A stretch of 64,000 nt of DNA. It comes from Eledone cirrhosa (taxonomy: Eukaryota). A model generated the notes under the pieces. That model saw only the letters and a list, made by a program, of their open reading frames with translations. It was not told the DNA's origin and made no database searches. Positions 29,758 through 44,210 of this stretch are shown here, piece after piece; position 1 is the first letter of the stretch; the number at the start of each line of letters is the position of its first letter. The position numbers and the translations under genes are program-made. The stretch lies in the NCBI GenBank assembly GCA_964016885.1, contig OZ024747.1, positions 39,804,001-39,868,000 on the forward strand, written 5' to 3'.

Positions 29758-30867
29758 TACATATGTATATATATGTGGTTATATATATATATGTGTGTGT
29801 ATGTATATATACATGCGTGCGTGTGTATGTGTATGCATATATGCGTACATGATATATGTGCACTCACATGCACACGCAGAGATATGTCAAAAAAATATTG
29901 AAGGTTATCATGGAGGTAGAACACAGCAAGTGCAGTTATTCTCACGAGATGAGTGATGATGATGATGATTATAATGGTGAGGATAATGATGATAATGATG
30001 AGGATGATAGTGATGATGATGTTAATCATGATTATAAAGATATCAATCCTGAACAAAGGAGTGTTGATGGATGCATGATGGGCATTTTGTCTCTGGTGTA
30101 GTTGGTGGTATTGTTGGTTGTGAAGGGCTTTGTCGTGGCGGTTGTGCTGCTTTTGTTTATTGTTTGAGATCAAGTTATTTGTAGGCGTTGTACTGTTTGT
30201 GGTAAAAGCTGCCGCTGCTGCAATTTGGTCTTGTTGTTGTTGGTGGTGTGGGAGGCGTGATGATGAGTGTTAAGTTATTGGTGATACTTTAAAGCTGTTG
30301 GTGATAGATTAATACTGATCTGTTTTTAACGGTATGGTACTTGTGGTGATGTTCGTTTTGGTCAGTATGTTTGCCTTTGTTATGATGCTGGTGTGACACT
30401 GGAGACGATAATGTTTTTAGTAACTCTATGGTAGCAAATTATGCCCGATGAAAGTAATACGCGTCTCTTCCCAGCCCAGCCTGTATTTGAAAATTTAGGA
30501 AGTTGACATAGCTGAACATCTGATTTGGAAGAAGATTAAGCGCCTGACTTAATTTCTTTCACCAAAAGTGAAAGTATAAATGCCGCAATGCCCTCAGACT
30601 AAGATTGGTGCAAGGTCGTCACCATTTATTCTCGGATTGCCACAATCATTGGAATGATATACAAATAGAACAAATACAGAAAGAAACTATTAGGTCGTGA
30701 GTTTGATTCTCGGTGAAAGTTGGCTAAGAGTTAACGTATCTGTGTAAATCGTTACTTTCATGATCACGGTGTTCCGTTGTTTGAATAATTGGACAACTTT
30801 ATTCTTTCTTCTCCAAACCTTTCTTATTTCACCTTACTCTTCTTTGTCATCCATATTTTTTCCATCA

Positions 30868-32560
30868 TGGAAGCAAACGATACAAATTCTTTTAACAACA
30901 GTGTCACTTCAGAAAATTACGATATCAATATTAATACAGCGCATAATAATGATAACCATTTCAATGCAACTACTAACTTAAACAACAATAATATTAATGA
31001 TGTAAGGAACATTTCAAATAACTCAGAAAGAAAGCGCCGAAAGAGAAAGGAAATGAATGAGGAAGGGAAAGAAATTCAGGGAACAAGAAATCAAGAGTAT
31101 AAAAGACAAAGTGGGGAAAGGCACTCACTTCAAAGGAGAAACGAAATTAGAGAAGAAAACAGATTAGCTCTCCAAGAGTTGAGAGAAAATTTGACAGAAA
31201 AAAGAAGAGATGAAATAAAAGAGGAAAATATAATTTCTCACAATGAAGCAAGACATTCTCGGAATAGGAAAGAACAAGAAATTGTAACTCAAGTAAAAAG
31301 ATCAAAGTATGCTAAACTACGTAGTTCTGTTAAATCATTTACAAATGCTGCATTTGAATATGATCCAAGTAAAAATTATGATAATCTATCAAATTTAGGA
31401 ACAATGTCAATAGTTTGTAAGCATTGTTGTGCAAAATTATTTAAAGATGAACCTAAGGGATTATGTTTTTCAAATGGTAAAGTTAAATTGAATTTAATTG
31501 AAAGCCCACCTGAACCTTTAAATACACTAATGCTGGGGGAAACTAGGGATTCCATAAAATTCTTTTAAAAATATACCGAATTGTTTTCAATTACATCTTT
31601 TGGACTCTGTCGGGATTCATGCCAGGTTTAAAATACAAGGTCAAATTTATCACAGAATAAGTTCATTGTATAATGCAATAATGCAGTTGATAATATTCCT
31701 AAATATGCTCAAGTTTATTTTATTGATGATTTAAATGAATAAATTAATATTAGAAATAGTAGGTTTCGTGAAACACACTGACACACTATAAGACACATCC
31801 AAGAGATACTTTTGGAAAATAGTGAGCTTGTCAAACAAATCAAAACTATGACATGCTTTGTTAACAGTCCAAATCTTCAATTGTCAATTTGTGCAGATAG
31901 AGTACCAGCTAGTGAGCATACACGAAGGTACAATGACGAGTATCTAACGATGTGGGAACTGAATTTTCACAAAGAAACATCATTTTTACTTATAAAGATA
32001 ATACTGTAAAGAAAATCAATGAATTACATAGATCCTATGATCCATTACAATAATCTTTGATTCTTTGGAGAGGAAATGAGGGCTATTCGTTGGATTTATC
32101 TTTATACAACCTCAATACAAATCAAACAGTCCCAAATAAGAATGTTACATGCAGGCAAACTAAGAAATACTTGTAATCAAATTGTAAGATGTAAACGATT
32201 GTTCCAAATGCATTTAGTTGATGTATGCCAAAATTGGGTTTGAACGGTTATTGTACATCAAACAGCACCAAACAAAGCTAAGGGTCGAAGAGTATTCGCT
32301 TTTAAAAGATTCTCTAAATAATGAAGGAGTACTCAATGCACAAGAATTAGGTAGGGCTGTAAGTTTACTTTCTACTTTTGTTGGAAGTCTAACATATTGG
32401 AAGGAAAGAACTCAAGATGTAATGTGTTATGTGAGAGAATACGGTAGGCCTGATTTATTTATAACATTCACGTGCAATCGTAAATGGAATGAAATCACGG
32501 AAAACCCATACAAAGGTCTAAAACCCGAAGATAGATCAAAGTATCAGTAGGTTTGTTGTT
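30868..32560 (+). mobile_element. Helitron Rep/Hel remnant 1
   Basis: CKHCCAKLFKDEPKGLC..GKV, FKIQGQIYH, YAKI..ERLLYIKQHQTKLRVEEY, YVREYGRPDLFITFTCN; many stops and frameshifts. Confidence 0.9.
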
Positions 32561-32829
32561 TTACACCAATCATTGAAAGTTAGGTGATACTAACTACAAC
32601 ACAAACCTATTTTACAGAACACAGAAGAAATTGAACTATTTGAAATTAATCTACGGTCTATATTAATTTAGCTTTTTGAGGATAGTGTCATATTATTATT
32701 TACCTAATTCAGATAACAGAGTGTCAACCTATTCTCTAAGGTTGCGATTTGCATTTATTTCTATTTTTTATATTGCTTTGTATTGTTATTTTTTCACGAT
32801 ATTTTCCAAGAAAATTAATTTCATCATGT

Positions 32830-33809
32830 CATAAAACACCAATCACCTATTGGTGTAGTTACAATGTCCGCCAAACAGTTGAAATCTTCAAGTGAAAAAG
32901 AAACTCAGAGACGGGAAACAGAAAGATTAAAGCAAGAAGAAAGACAATCGGAATAAACGGAGGCTGAATATGAAAATCCCCGAGAGGTAATGAGAGTTCC
33001 GATGCAAACACAACGAGCACAAAGGACTCTCCAAGGCAAAATAAACTGGCTAAGAGCTGCGTTTTCCTATGATCCATTGAGAAAGCATAGAAATCGCGAT
33101 TGTTAACATGGATAATATATGCAGTAGTTATGGTGCGAGAAAATGGAAAGGAGAAACACTTGGTATGTGTTGCTTAGGAGGAAAGTTCAGATTTCCACTG
33201 ATAGAAGACCCAATACCTGTTATTCGTATACTACTTATAGCCCTTAATAACGAAGCTAAACACTCCAGGAGCAATGTTATGCGGTATAATGCTGCATTTC
33301 AGATGACGTCCTTTGGAGCTGAAAAAAACGATACTGACTATGGTTATTTCACATTTAAAATCCAAGGACAATACTACCATTTAATTGGCAGTTTACTCCC
33401 GCAGCCTAATGAGGAATCAAAATTCATTCAAGTTTACTTTTTGGGCAACAACGAACAAGAAGCTATTCAACGATGCAGAAATATTTCAGGCGGTCTTCAA
33501 CTACATGTTATTAACAGTCTGCAAAATATGCTTCATGAAAACCATCATTACATGAGAGTATTCAAATTTGCCTTATTTCTAAGGCAAATTTGAATACTCT
33601 CATGTGTAAAATCTTCATATTCTATATGAAGAACGTTGAAACAGTGCAGCTGGTGTATCTGGAAGTTGTTTGACCGTTTTTTATGCCACACACACCATGG
33701 TCTCTCCTCAAACTGTAAACCAGATAACGCATCCAATACAGTCGTTTTCTCTTATACTTGTCTTCTCTTATCAACTGTTCACCCGGGTAAAGCCGGGCAC
33801 CTCATCTAG
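32830..33809 (+). mobile_element. Helitron remnant 2, internally deleted, with canonical 3' end
   Basis: ORF 33108-33593 has GMCCLGGK, YNAAFQMTSFGA, FKIQGQYYHLIGSLLP; 3' hairpin CCCGGGTAAAGCCGGG then CTAG at 33806-33809 followed by T. Confidence 0.88.
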
Positions 33810-33884
33810 TATTATATGAAATGTAAACATGACCAACGACAAACCTTGTGTGCGTATTGGTGGGGAGGGTCGGCATTCATAAAC

Positions 33885-34045
33885 TAGAGACATATGTCTG
33901 TGTCGGCATTCTGAAATTGGAAACCTATATATATCAGCGTTTTCTTGATGATTTCCTTCGAATGAAACAGTTCTAGTCCTGTAGAAGCCATTTCTATATT
34001 AATTACCTTACTGACTGTGGTTACCCTTGATTGAACCCTGGATAC
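33885..34045 (+). mobile_element. short HHR-bearing element, sister of 10040-10190
   Basis: TTC TTGATGA TTTC-CTTC-GAAT GAAA CAG..CTG TA GAA at 33942-33986; shared tail TACCTTACT..GGTTACC..GATTGAACCC. Confidence 0.7.
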
Positions 34046-34067
34046 ACACATACACACACACACACAC

Positions 34068-34106
<39 letters not shown>

Positions 34107-34128
34107 TATATATATATATATATATATG

Positions 34129-34226
<98 letters not shown>

Positions 34227-35049
34227 TGACCAACGAATTGATATAAAGTAGTGTTGAATGCCAACTGATGGGACGATTAGTCCATGGAACAACTTCCAGA
34301 ACGTCTTTGTTGGTGTTCCCAAAACGTGGATTCTGGAAAGTTTAACTGTCAATAATATACAATTAGACATGATAAACCAAGTATAAGAGAATTAAACAAT
34401 ACCCAGCCTCATGAACACCTAGTCAAAGGAAAATTAGTGTTATGCATTTTTCTTTAGAGGGGGAGAGTCATGAACATAAGAACATACTGTAGAGGATTCA
34501 GCCTCATTTTCACTAAACTAATAAAATATATCCTTCATAGGTATTTGCGAATTAGCGAAGAAGGAATCGATAAATTAATGTCCAAGATTGCACAAGATTG
34601 CACAGTATTTGTAATAAGAAATGGTCATCTTTTCACAGAGAAAATATTTCTCTCAAAGTAATAGAAAAACATACTTAAAATAGTTTTGATCCAGAAACAT
34701 TCTATTCTTGTTTTCGTTAGATATTTTCTTCTGGATTAACCTGAAGCATTATGGATGGAATACATATTTAATGATTTCATATGTATACTGTTTCTTCGGA
34801 ATTTTCTATCAAACGCTGAAATCAATAAGAATTAAAACAGTTTTTTAAATGGCTTGAGGGTAGAATGACTAAGACGCTAAAATACGTAACAAAAATATAA
34901 ATAAAAGAATGGGGAACAATGAAAGTGGAATAGAAAGTGATATAAAAAGAATAAGAAACTAAAGATGGTCGACAGATAAACAGACAATAAGAGAGATGTT
35001 TTGAAAGATAGACGAGTTTCAAGGTATACATGCACACACGGACACAAGC

Positions 35050-35480
<431 letters not shown>

Positions 35481-35606
35481 AACTTCAATTAAAAAAATCC
35501 AAATATATATATATACATAATCGCTGACTCAAAACGCATGTGTTTTTCCCCTTCTTTTCTCATTTTCCCCGTTCCTTCGTCTTCTCAGTCTTTATCTTTC
35601 TATTTA

Positions 35607-35642
35607 TCTTCTAATGTAGGACGAGTGTCCGAAACGTTAAGA
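35607..35642 (+). ncRNA. degenerate minimal hammerhead in a PLE pLTR fragment
   Basis: TCTT CTAATGT AGGAC-GAGT-GTCC GAAA CGTTA AGA; resembles the motif at 53425-53460; two core mutations. Confidence 0.5.
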
Positions 35643-35723
35643 ATTTTTTCCCTGTTATTCAAGCGTTGAACTAATATATTTCTTCAATGCACTTTGTCAT
35701 TTGTTGTTTTATTTCTGATTACC

Positions 35724-35755
<32 letters not shown>

Positions 35756-37519
35756 CATACATACATACATACATACATACATACATGCATACATACATAC
35801 ATACATACATACATACATACATACATACATACATGCATACATACATACATACATACATACATACATACATACATACATACATAGTGGCTGCCAACTAGTT
35901 TTCGAGTACGGCCACTACTTTATATTCATGTAGGAGAACTCCTATTGATGCGCTGAACGAGTGTGACTTTTTAGTCCAGCCAGCGACTTGAAAACTCTGG
36001 TACAAACACTACACTTGTGACAATTATTTACACATAGTGCTGGGCCCATGGTACCATGTGACGACAAGTGCAGAGAGATCTCCAGATATAAAGCAATGCC
36101 TGTGCCGTGAAGCTTTTATAGTGAGCAAAGGCACTGCACAAAGCCAGTCCCACTCTCTTAACCAAGATGATATTTACCAAAAAGAAGGACAAGTCAACAT
36201 TATTGGATACCATCAGGGTTGCAGGTGTTATATCAGAGTTTTCCTTCTCCTAGAATTCTGCCTTGACAAAGGCTAAGGGGTCATCTCTCCCGGTGATTTT
36301 GGATGGCCATTGACTCGTAAGAGCTCCTTTGCCCTTTGACAGGTTTTGTTTTTAGTCCTGCAGGATGTCCAAAGTCACCCTCCTCACCAAGAAACCTTGG
36401 TGTGGTTGCCAGTTTAGTCACCAACGACCTGACCATGAGACAGGTTGTACTGGGATACATGTTACCAGTAGCACCAACTGGTGACCTGGCATACATACAT
36501 ACATACATACATACATACATACATACATACATACATACATACATACATACATACATACATACATACATACATGCACACATGCATACATACATATATACAT
36601 GCATGCATAGATACATGCATGCACACATACATACATACATACCTGTATGTATACATACATGTCATGGTTTGGTGTTTAAAAGATAAAGCACACTTTTGAC
36701 CCAAGATACTGTAGACATGACAATACTGTCTTATATTTAAATCCAATACAGTGTGATTTGAAAGAGATTTTGCTTGGTATTTTTAGCAACTTAAACAACC
36801 ATATAGAGGCTCTATTGTTGGTTTATTTATCAGCTTATCTAGACAGGGAGTGGGCAACATCAAACAGAAGTTGATAGTTCAGATAATTCTCCTTTGCTTT
36901 GATAATAATGACTTTTTAATACATATAAAAATAATAGACTTGAACTAAAACTATTTAATGTAGTTTCATGTTTTCAACAAGACATGTCCCAAGAAAATAA
37001 TTGTTTCACACACACACACACACACGCACATGCATACACACACACAAATGCATACACACACACAAATGCATGTGCAATAATACATACACACATGCACACA
37101 TACATACACACATGCACACAAACACATATACATGCATCTGCATGCACACATATACACAAAACTCACACAGACACATGCATGCGCAAACAAACACATGTGC
37201 TAATGCTAATCACTTAACATGTTCTATTAGGTGCATTTTATCATGGCACCAGCACTAGTAGGTTGCCATGTCTTTGATGTGTTTAAAGAGCACTCTCAAC
37301 ACCTTTGGCATGGTTTCTACAGGTGGATACCCCTCCTAATATTAACCACTTTACAGGGTGAACTGGGTGCATTTTATCATAGCACCAGCACTGGAGAGAT
37401 TGTCATGTCTTTAATGTGACTGCACTACGGCTTCAACACAAATGTTTGTGTGTGTGTTGTTTGGATATTCATCAGTTACAGCGATGAGTGTCCGAGATAT
37501 TTGATCAATGGCCTTTATA

Positions 37520-37730
37520 TGAAATTAATGTGCAAGTGGCTGAATATTCCACAGACAATGTAATTCTCAGGAAGATTCAACATGGAACAGTATACGATAA
37601 GGTTGGCCATTTGAACTACAGGTACAACTCATTTTTTTTCCAGCTGAGTTGATTGTGAAATAAAGTGTCTTGCTCAAGGACACTGCACCAGTCCTGAAGT
37701 TGAACACTAACCACTAAGCCACATACCTTC
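37520..37730 (-). mobile_element. CORE-type SINE
   Basis: AAAGTGTCTTGCTCAAGGACAC is the reverse complement of the CORE motif; GTGGCTTAGTGGTTAG A-box-like head on the minus strand. Confidence 0.6.
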
Positions 37731-37859
37731 ATATATATCGTAGTGTAGAGTTAAGTCCAACTGTGAGTATAAATATTCATCTTTCACAATGTGTGTTGAT
37801 TACTATTTTCTTTGATTTTTACACACAGGTACACACACACATACACACACTCCATATGT

Positions 37860-38260
37860 CTAATTTGCATCACCAGTCTCAAACCCTTATCTTGCTCAGA
37901 ATATTGATCTCCTGGAAACTGTTCAGAGATGTGTAACCAAACAAATATCCTCCATCAGGCATCTACCATACACTGAACACTTTGCTACCCTGGGCATGGA
38001 TACATTAAAGCTCCGATGTCTGGCAACTGACTTGGCAGAAACCCACAAGATTATTAACGATCTTCCCAACAACAACCATGAGCACCTTCTTGAATTCCAT
38101 GTATCTAACACCCGTGGACATGCTTATAAAGTCAGAAAACAGCACAGTTTCCATTACTTTTGGAAACATTTTTTAACGCTCAGAGTTGCTGAAGCATGGA
38201 ACAAACTACCTGCATCAGCTGTTAGCTGTTGGAACACTGCATCCTTTAAAAGGTCCATGC
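37860..38260 (+). mobile_element. CR1/L2-group LINE 3' fragment
   Basis: LLETVQRCVTK..LPY..LGMDTLKLR..DLAETHKII..TRGHAYKV..RVAEAWNKLP. Confidence 0.85.
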
Positions 38261-38624
38261 AGAATAGTTGTAATGCTATTGAGTTGCATAACTGCTATCA
38301 ATTAGACAATATTTTGATAATATCTTACTTTATTTTGCCCTTTGAAACGAACATAAACAATGGGTTAATTAAGTACAAAACCTTGTCTTATTTGTTTTAA
38401 TTGTTCAATGTTATATATCTGACTCTGTAGTTTTTAAATACTCAACATATAATAAGATATGAGTTTTCAACAAAAACATATTTTGCTTTACTTCAATGGG
38501 ATATCCATATCAAAATACACTACACTGAGCTCTAATACAGTTATTATTCCTACCTTAATTGGGTAGAATATTAATGTATATATGATAACTGTTTCTGCTT
38601 TAGGCACAAGGCCAGCAATTACCC

Positions 38625-39520
38625 ATTAATGGATTGTACTTGTAATTTCCTAACTAGTTGTGTTGTTTCTGTTACTGTGAAACCTAGCTTCTCAAGATTT
38701 GTATTGAGGCACTTACTAACATACCCCAGTGCCCCAATAATCACAGGTATAAATCTGAAGGTGTAATCAGGGTGGCGTATCTGCAGATTTCTCATCAGTT
38801 CTGCATAAATATTCTCCTATTCGCTAATCTTTGATATTATATTGGCATCTGCTGGGCAGCTAATTTACACTAATGTGCATGCTTTCTTTTCCCTGTCCCA
38901 TATCATAATATTTGGTCTGTTATGCCTGCTATTTATTGGGGTTTTTACTGGAACATTCCACCAGTACCCTTTCATGTTATGTACATGGATGTCTTCCACA
39001 TTATTGTAGCTTTTAATGTGTTTATTATCGGGGCTATCTTTTTTACGAACTGCATTGTACAGTGTTTTGGCCACTACATCATGCCTCATAGGTAGATAGT
39101 ACCGCAATGACATATTTGGACAGCTGCTGATGACATGGGTGATATCCTCGATGTTAGTTCTGCAGAGTCTGCACATGTTATCACATCTAGGTGTTTTGCC
39201 TGCATCCCTATCTCTTTTGTGAATCAGGTATTTCGTGTTAATCTCCTGTTCTTGGATTGCAAAAACGTATCCTTCACAGTGGGAGCCAATATAGCGGTTG
39301 TTGGTCCAAGATAGACTACTTTCCTTATCTATATTACTCTCACTCTGGAGCTTCCTGGCAACATATCCATGCATGATTTTTTGCTGATAGGCATGCAGTT
39401 TTTCATCCATGGATTCACTGCGATACTGCTGAGCGACATCCCTGGGTGTGAGTTTTTGATTATCATACAGGGACTATCTCTCAAGTTCCTTCCCAACTCT
39501 CATGATCTTATCTGTTTCAT
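38625..39520 (-). mobile_element. R4/Dong-like (restriction-like endonuclease) LINE 3' fragment
   Basis: MHG, AIQEQ, CRLC..EDITHVISSC, RHD, HNRPNI, IPVIIGALG. Confidence 0.85.
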
Positions 39521-39524
39521 GCAG

Positions 39525-39700
39525 TATAAATTAGTAATAAGTATTAGTTAGTATTCAGTTTTAGTTCTAAGTTTTTACAGGTTGCGCATTTCTTATGCTT
39601 TTCAAAAATAATTATGAGATAGAGTGCTCGTGATTTTTGCAAAAATTATTACAGCAAAAATCACGAACACTCTATCTCAAAATTATTTTTAAAAAGCATA
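39525..39700. mobile_element. fold-back short element (family W)
   Basis: Inverted arms at about 39594-39641 / 39654-39700; homologous to 43535-43650 on the plus strand. Confidence 0.65.
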
Positions 39701-40250
39701 CCTGACTCGCAGGTTCCTCGGACACGTCTATTGATTTCGGATCATATCCTCTTTCTGGGCGTTTCTGGCCCTACAAGCCTATATCGTCCACCTTCATCTG
39801 CTTTGCGCGTCCTTGGGTTGGTCACTGGTTAGTAACGTCATCATTATTCTGACTACTTTTAGCAGCCCTCTGACCCTCAGGGCGTGAGCTGTCACTCACC
39901 CACTGTCCCGTCGGTAAAATTACTGCTGTATGTCAGCTCACACTCACACCCGCACACACACACAGAGATACGGACAGATACATACAGAGTAGCTTGTGTG
40001 CTTACGTTCACACATGTACGCCCAGAAGCATACACACATATCCATGTATATACACACACATAAATAGTCACACAAATATACGCATACATGCACACAGAGG
40101 GGCACACACGTACACACGCGCGTGTATATATACATGCACACACACACACGTACGCATCCACACATATACATACACTCACAGATATATATACACATACATA
40201 CATTTACGCACAAACATCTGCACATCTGCACATACATATGCATACATACT
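39700..40250 (-). mobile_element. family-Y pLTR/3' UTR copy
   Basis: Shares GGCGTGAGCTGTCACTCACCC, AAAATTACTGCTGT and CCTTCATCTG..TTGCGCGTC with 21480-21900. Confidence 0.7.
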
Positions 40251-40340
40251 TGTTCCTATTACCCACTCTACTACCCTAAGTATAGAGTACTTTGGTGCGT
40301 TATGGTCCACCTGGTTCCTTACCACATTTCCTTCGTTATA
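40250..40340 (+). mobile_element. family-T 3' tail ending in (TA)n
   Basis: GTTCCTATTACCCACTCTAC..GAGTACTTTGGTGCGTTATGGTCCACCTGGTTCCTTACCACATTTCCTTCGTTA. Confidence 0.8.
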
Positions 40341-40352
40341 TATATATATATA

Positions 40353-40590
40353 TAATGGAAAATTTGAACAGGAACAAAACAGAGAGGCAGTACAACGAAT
40401 GTTTATTAATTTCACGCTCTTGAGAGTGGGGTGGTGGTGGGGAACGACGTTTCGGGCATAAGCCCTTCTTCAGGTGAAAAGTGTGTGGGAAGAGAGTTCA
40501 AAGGGTGTGTAGGGGAGTGGTGGAGAGACACATAGCAAAAAGGGGGTGGGAGGAAAAGGTGCTAAAGAAAATAAAAATAAAAACATGATC
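40353..40590 (-). mobile_element. solo Neptune pLTR 3' fragment with hammerhead (40443-40477)
   Basis: Homologous to 11012-11250; minus strand CTGAAGA AGGGCTTATGCCC GAAA CGTC. Confidence 0.85.
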
Positions 40591-40799
40591 AAAATATATA
40601 TATATACACACCCACCCACATGCCCACCCACACGTTTACACACATGTATACATATACATACATACACACACACGCATATACACATATACATACACACACA
40701 TATACACACACACAGACACTCAGACTCGCACATATATTCCTACACATATGTATATATGTATGTACACACATCTACACACATAAATATATGTACAAACAA

Positions 40800-41978
40800 T
40801 ACATGTAAGAAAAGCATTGGGTTGTACATGTAGACAGAGTTGATATAATGTTGCCAACGTGAATAAATCCACGTATAGACACCTCAAGCAAGGCTACATA
40901 TGGGGAGTTCATGGTATTAATGTAAGGGGTATGCCCAGACCGTAAATGATATATAAAAAAATACATTAAAAAAATATATTAAAAATATATTAAAAAATAT
41001 ATAAAAGTATATATGAAAAAATACATCTGAATTATATAAAAAAAAAGTATACAAAGATATACGTTGGTCTGTTCATGGAAAAATACATGGAGTGTTACAT
41101 AATGGAGAGCGTGGAGAATATGCACATACCACTGAAAAGATACACATGCAGGGAGTGCGTGAACAGGCCATAATGGAGCATGTCACTATGGGTGAGATAG
41201 AGTGCCTTATTGATGTATGGTACGGGACTGAATATCCTTGGAGGTTCAGCCACCGTGTCCCGGCTCATGCGATGTCGTTGCCTAGGATATTAGGTCCGCC
41301 AGCCTAGTGGAGTGTCTCTTGCTCCGGTCCTTGAAAGAGTTCGTGTGATTTTACATCCTCGATTTAAAGGTCGTGGAAGCTGCGCCGATATAGGTGCGCT
41401 TGGTGTTGTGCGTCTTAACCACACATTTATAGACTACGCCTTTCGTTAGACATCTTCCCTGCAGAGAGCTTTGTGTGCCTACTCTGCAGGTTCGGTCGTT
41501 ATGTTTCTCATTTCCAAAGCTGGGCCCTTGGTCTACCACGGCACTCCCTCGATTCTCTGGGTGCCGTTCTGTCGGTGCGGTGGGCCCCCCTACGCGACTC
41601 AGTTCCGCCCGGCATTCGATTACACCGTCTTCCGCGGGTATGGCGGCCACCGCGGGGATCGGAGTGTAGTTGGAGACACTGTCTGCAAGGGGCCCTCCGT
41701 GCCCCGCGTGACCGTCAGTTGCCCGCCGCTGTTGACGGTTGAGTTTCCCCAACTTCACCGCGTTGGTTTTGGCCATGTAGTCTGCCATGTTGGGTGCGGT
41801 GGAGAAGGAGAACTTAACCGTGTGGCGGTTGAATATCCTGTGGTACCTGGTCGACGGCGGGAAGCACTCGTCTAAGGCTTGGAAGAAGAGGCCTGGCACA
41901 TTGCTTCCTACATGTTTCGAATACGGCGCGTTAAACCATGTAATGATCTTATACCTTGTCCTACCCTGTCGTCTGTGT

Positions 41979-42047
<69 letters not shown>

Positions 42048-42107
42048 ATAGCAGTAGTAGTGGTAATGTGTGGTGGGTCAGGTATCCCCCGGGTTGTGTC
42101 TGCCGGT
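40800..42107 (-). mobile_element. second Naiad-type PLE copy, 5'-truncated at (TA)n
   Basis: ORF 41351-41899 is homologous to 23976-24557; same (CTA)n tract; 3' UTR homologous to 23510-23720. Confidence 0.87.
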
Positions 42108-42127
42108 TATATATATATATATATATA

Positions 42128-42900
42128 ACAAAGAGGGTGTGGTAAGATACTTAGGGTAGTACAGTGGGTAAGAGGAAAAGAGTCAGGACCCCTCACGACC
42201 CAGGTGGGTAGATTTCGGCCTTATCTCCTTCCCAATTACAAACTAAGATAGCGGAAACCACAAGCATACTTAGGTAGAAATAGGGATAACGGTATAGAGA
42301 GAGGTGATGTCCAGGTTGAAGAGAAGGCGATAGGGACCAGGAGGAAAGGAGGAGATAAAGTGTCTGTGGGCATGATTGGTGTCGTGGGTATGAGAGAGGA
42401 GGTTGACGACTAACGGCGCGAGGATGGTACCTAAGTATTCAGAGATAATCTCGGTTGGGCAGTTGCACGCGGAAATGCTAGGAGGGCCAGGATTATTTTG
42501 TTTGTGTATTTTGAGGAGGAAGTAGATGATGGGTGTGCGAGGGGTGTGTACTATAATGCTGTGCTGATAGGAGGAGATGAGCTTGTGGATGGAGGAGAAC
42601 ACGAGTTGTTGGTGGCCAGGAGTGGGGTCGGAGGATAAAGGGTGATAAAAAAGGGTATTGTGAAATTGGCGGAGGGCCTCAGCCTTATAGAGATCAACGC
42701 TCCAAACCACCACGGCGCCACCTTTGTCAGCGAGTTTGAGGACAATGTCATCGCGACTCCGTAGGTTGCGAAGAGCGGAGAGCTCAGCCGCGTAATGTTA
42801 GAGCGACGAGAATGCTGGTGGAAACGGAATCTGTATATCGGCAAGTATCGACAAAGGAGTTGAAGGTGCTGAACTGGCCAGAGCTCTGCATCCAATATGA
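42128..42900 (-). mobile_element. Neptune-type PLE RT N-terminal fragment joined to a family-T-like 3' tail
   Basis: DKGGAVVVW, TPRTPIIYFLLKIHKQNNPG, LDITSLYTVIP; tail 42128-42220 resembles family T. Confidence 0.8.
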
Positions 42901-43212
42901 TTGCCGGTGACTGAGACGAGTGAAGTCATCCATTTCTATCCAAAGCTGTCTGGATGTTGATAGCTATCATAGTCGGTTTGTAAATCTTAATTTATCCTTT
43001 TATTTGAGTTTTGTGAACCGTATTATTTTCAGTCAGTATTTTCTTCACTCTGGCGGTTTACGTCCCTTGTGATTTGATCGAACGCCTATATGTATATATC
43101 TGTGTTAGTCTCTCTAATTGTAATATAAGGTTAGGAAATTATTTTTCTTGAGCTATTCTGATTATAAAAGATTATTGTGAGTTTTTAACTCAATATATAT
43201 ACTTTTATACAT

Positions 43213-43412
43213 ATGAATCCAGAGTCAGGTTCGATCCACAAACAGATCGCACTTCGAGCTGTTCGCCGGAGAAACAATTGTAATACGTAATAAATTGTGT
43301 TCCGATGCATCACTGATTCTTCGTTTTCCATATTATCATACTCTGCTCCGAAGGAGCAGAGAGTGCTCAACCGGCATACCGCCCATGGACGCATCCAAGC
43401 AACCATACTACA
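43213..43412 (+). mobile_element. family-Y 3' fragment with full tail
   Basis: Reverse-complement match to 21354-21470; GAAA CAATTG TA, AATAAA and ACTCTGCTCC-GAA-GGAGCAGAG hairpin; ends at (TA)n. Confidence 0.8.
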
Positions 43413-43710
43413 CATATATATATATATATATGGACCACATATATATAATATATGGACCACAAGAATCTTTTCATACATCTGGAGCCACTTTTTTTACATA
43501 AAACAGGTAGAATTTCCAAAACTAATCAGATTAGAGCAAATATCAGGGGCGCTCTATCTCAAAATTATTTTTGAAAAGCATTAGAAATGCGCAACCGGTA
43601 AAACTTAAAACCAAAACTGAATACTAACCAATACTATTACTAATTTTTACTTATTCCGAATTAAACTATTTTTCACTGGGACAATTTGTTAGCATTTTCT
43701 TTTCCTTTTA

Positions 43711-43760
<50 letters not shown>

Positions 43761-43817
43761 TATATATATATATATATATATATAATTATTCCATTACCGT
43801 TCATCAGATAGAAATAT

Positions 43818-43888
43818 TTCTATCTGATGAACGAATTCAGACGCCTCTGTTAGATTCGTCTGACTTCGTGAAACCTTGGGTAATAGAA
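43818..43888 (+). ncRNA. complete type-I hammerhead ribozyme
   Basis: TTCTAT CTGATGA ACGAA-T-TCAGACG..CGTCTGA-C-TTCGT GAA ACC-TTG-GGT A ATAGAA; 6-bp stem I; GUA site; overlaps a 36-bp palindrome at 43798-43833. Confidence 0.87.
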
Positions 43889-44210
43889 TAATTATATTGT
43901 GTTGTTTTACATAATTAAATAGCTCTGTACTATACATAGAGAACATTTTAAAATAAAAATACTAATTAAGATAATTAACTAGTAAATTAAGAAGCCAAAA
44001 TCATCAGTAAGCATAATCTTAAAATATACACCACAGTTTTTCTAGAAAATTCAAGAGTTGCGTTGGTAAACGTCGAGACAACTAAACTCTCACAAAGATA
44101 TTATATGCATTTTCAAAAATATATACACTCTAATTTCTTTTATTGTAGAGTACTGAGTTGAATAATGGACTTAGTGCTCATGGCTAAATAAAATATCACC
44201 TATATATATA

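Noticed and set aside
36000-36490. Possible RTE 5' UTR or SINE remnant
   Set aside because: Resemblance only; no motif or second copy in the window.
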